This document shows positions 62,301 through 64,000 of a stretch of 64,000 nt of DNA, one piece after another. The notes under the pieces were generated by a model, which worked only from the letters and a program-made list of their open reading frames with translations, was not told the origin of the DNA and did not search any database. This stretch comes from Nemertoderma westbladi (Eukaryota > Animalia > Xenacoelomorpha), in contig JAUCBJ010008490.1 in assembly GCA_032718475.1 (NCBI GenBank), forward strand, positions 1 to 64,000, given 5' to 3'. The position numbers and the translations under genes were made by a program. Within the stretch, counting starts at the first letter, position 1. Every line of letters starts with the position of its first letter.

Positions 62301-64000
62301 ATATACGGATACTACGGATAATCCGAATGGATATACGGATACAACGGATAAAATCCGAACGGATATACGGATACTACGGATAAAATCAGAACGGATATAC
62401 GGATACTACGGATAAAATCCGAACGGATATACGGATACTACGGATAAAATCAGAACGGATATACGGATACTACGGATAAAATCCGAACGGATATACGGAT
62501 ACTACGGATAAAATCAGAACGGATATACGGATACTACGGATAAAATCAGAACGGATATACGGATACTACGGATAATCCGAACGGATATACGGATACTACA
62601 GATAATCCGAACGGATATACAGATACTACGGATAAAATCCGAACGGATATACAGATACCATGGATAATCCGAACAGATATACGGATACTATGGATAAAAT
62701 CCGAACAGATATACGGATACTATGGATAAAATCCGAATGGATATACGGATACTACGGATAAAATCCGAACGGATATACGGATACTACGGATAAAATCCGA
62801 ATGGATATACGGATACTACGGATAAAATCAGAACGGATATACGGATACTACGGATAATCCGAACGGATATACGGATACTACGGATAATCCGAACGGATAT
62901 ACGGATACTATGGATAAAATCAGAACGGATATACGGATACTACAGATAAAATCAGAACGGATATACGGATACTACGGATAAAATCAGAACAGATATACGG
63001 ATACTACGGATAAAATCAGAAAGGATATATGGATAAAATCAGAACGGATATACGGATAATCCGAACGGATATACGGATACTACGGATAATCCGAATGGAT
63101 ATACGGATACAACGGATAAAATCCGAATGGATATACGGATACTACGGATAAAATCAGAACGGATATACGGATACTACGGATAAAATCCGAACGGATATAC
63201 GGATACTACGGATAAAATCAGAACGGATATACGGACACTACGGATAAAATCCGAACGGATATACGGATACTACGGATAAAATCAGAACAGATATACGGAT
63301 ACTATGGATAATCCGAACGGATATACGGATACTACAGATAATCCGAACGGATATACGGATACTACGGATAAAATCCGAACGGATATACAGATACTATGGA
63401 TAATCCGAACGGATATACGGATACTACGGATAAAATCCGAACGGATATACGGATACTACGGATAATCCGAACGGATATACGGATACTACAGATAATCCGA
63501 ACGGATATACGGATACTACGGATAAAATCCGAATGGATATACAGATACTATGGATAATCCGAACGGATATACGGATACTACGGATAAAATCCGAACGGAT
63601 ATACGGATACTACGGATAAAATCCGAACGGATATACGGATACTACGGATAAAATCAGAACGGATATACGGATACTACGGATAATCCGAACGGATATACGG
63701 ATACTACAGATAATCCGAACGGATATACGGATACTACGGATAAAATCCGAACGGATATACAGATACTATGGATAATCCGAACGGATATACGGATACTACG
63801 GATAAAATCCGAACGGATATACGGATACTACGGATAAAATCCGAACGGATATACGGATACTACGGATAAAATCCGAACGGATATACGGATACTACGGATG
63901 AAATCCGAACGGATATACGGATACTACGGATAAAATCAGAACGGATATACGGATACTACAGATAAAATCAGAACAGATATACGGATACTACGGATAAAAT
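53333..64000. repeat. 30/32-bp satellite, >10.6 kb, continuing past the window edge
   Basis: Unit cggatata-cggatacta-cggat(aa)aatc-cgaa, built from CGGATA subrepeats. Confidence 0.99.

Overview
Eukaryotic, most likely invertebrate metazoan, repeat-dense DNA made almost entirely of nested transposable elements and satellites; no ordinary host gene is evident. From left to right: (1) the N-terminal ~390 codons of an unidentified minus-strand ORF running off the left edge; (2) a Ty3/Gypsy LTR element (5855-16324, TSD ACTG, tRNA-Gln PBS) whose 5' LTR is split by a 9-bp-TSD element containing a minisatellite and a 5'-truncated RTE-like LINE; (3) a 13-kb Mutator-like shell (16644-29844) holding a MITE and an animal EnSpm/CACTA-type transposon (18079-28871) with an interrupted transposase and an intact 4-exon DUF4806-like gene; (4) a CR1/L2-like LINE fragment; (5) a young, internally deleted BEL/Pao LTR element (35840-47060, TSD AAGAC) in a ~153-bp satellite; (6) a Tc1/mariner relic; (7) >10 kb of a 30/32-bp satellite. 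The most notable observation is that the BEL/Pao element carries, in the env position behind a hairpin-repeat array, an intact ~844-aa ORF with a WRN/EXD2/Mut-7-like DEDDy 3'-5' exonuclease domain and three CCHC zinc knuckles, and it lacks a tRNA PBS. A second highlight is a family of non-autonomous elements with conserved asymmetric ends flanked by TGT/ACA. Family assignments come from motif recognition by eye, not database searches.
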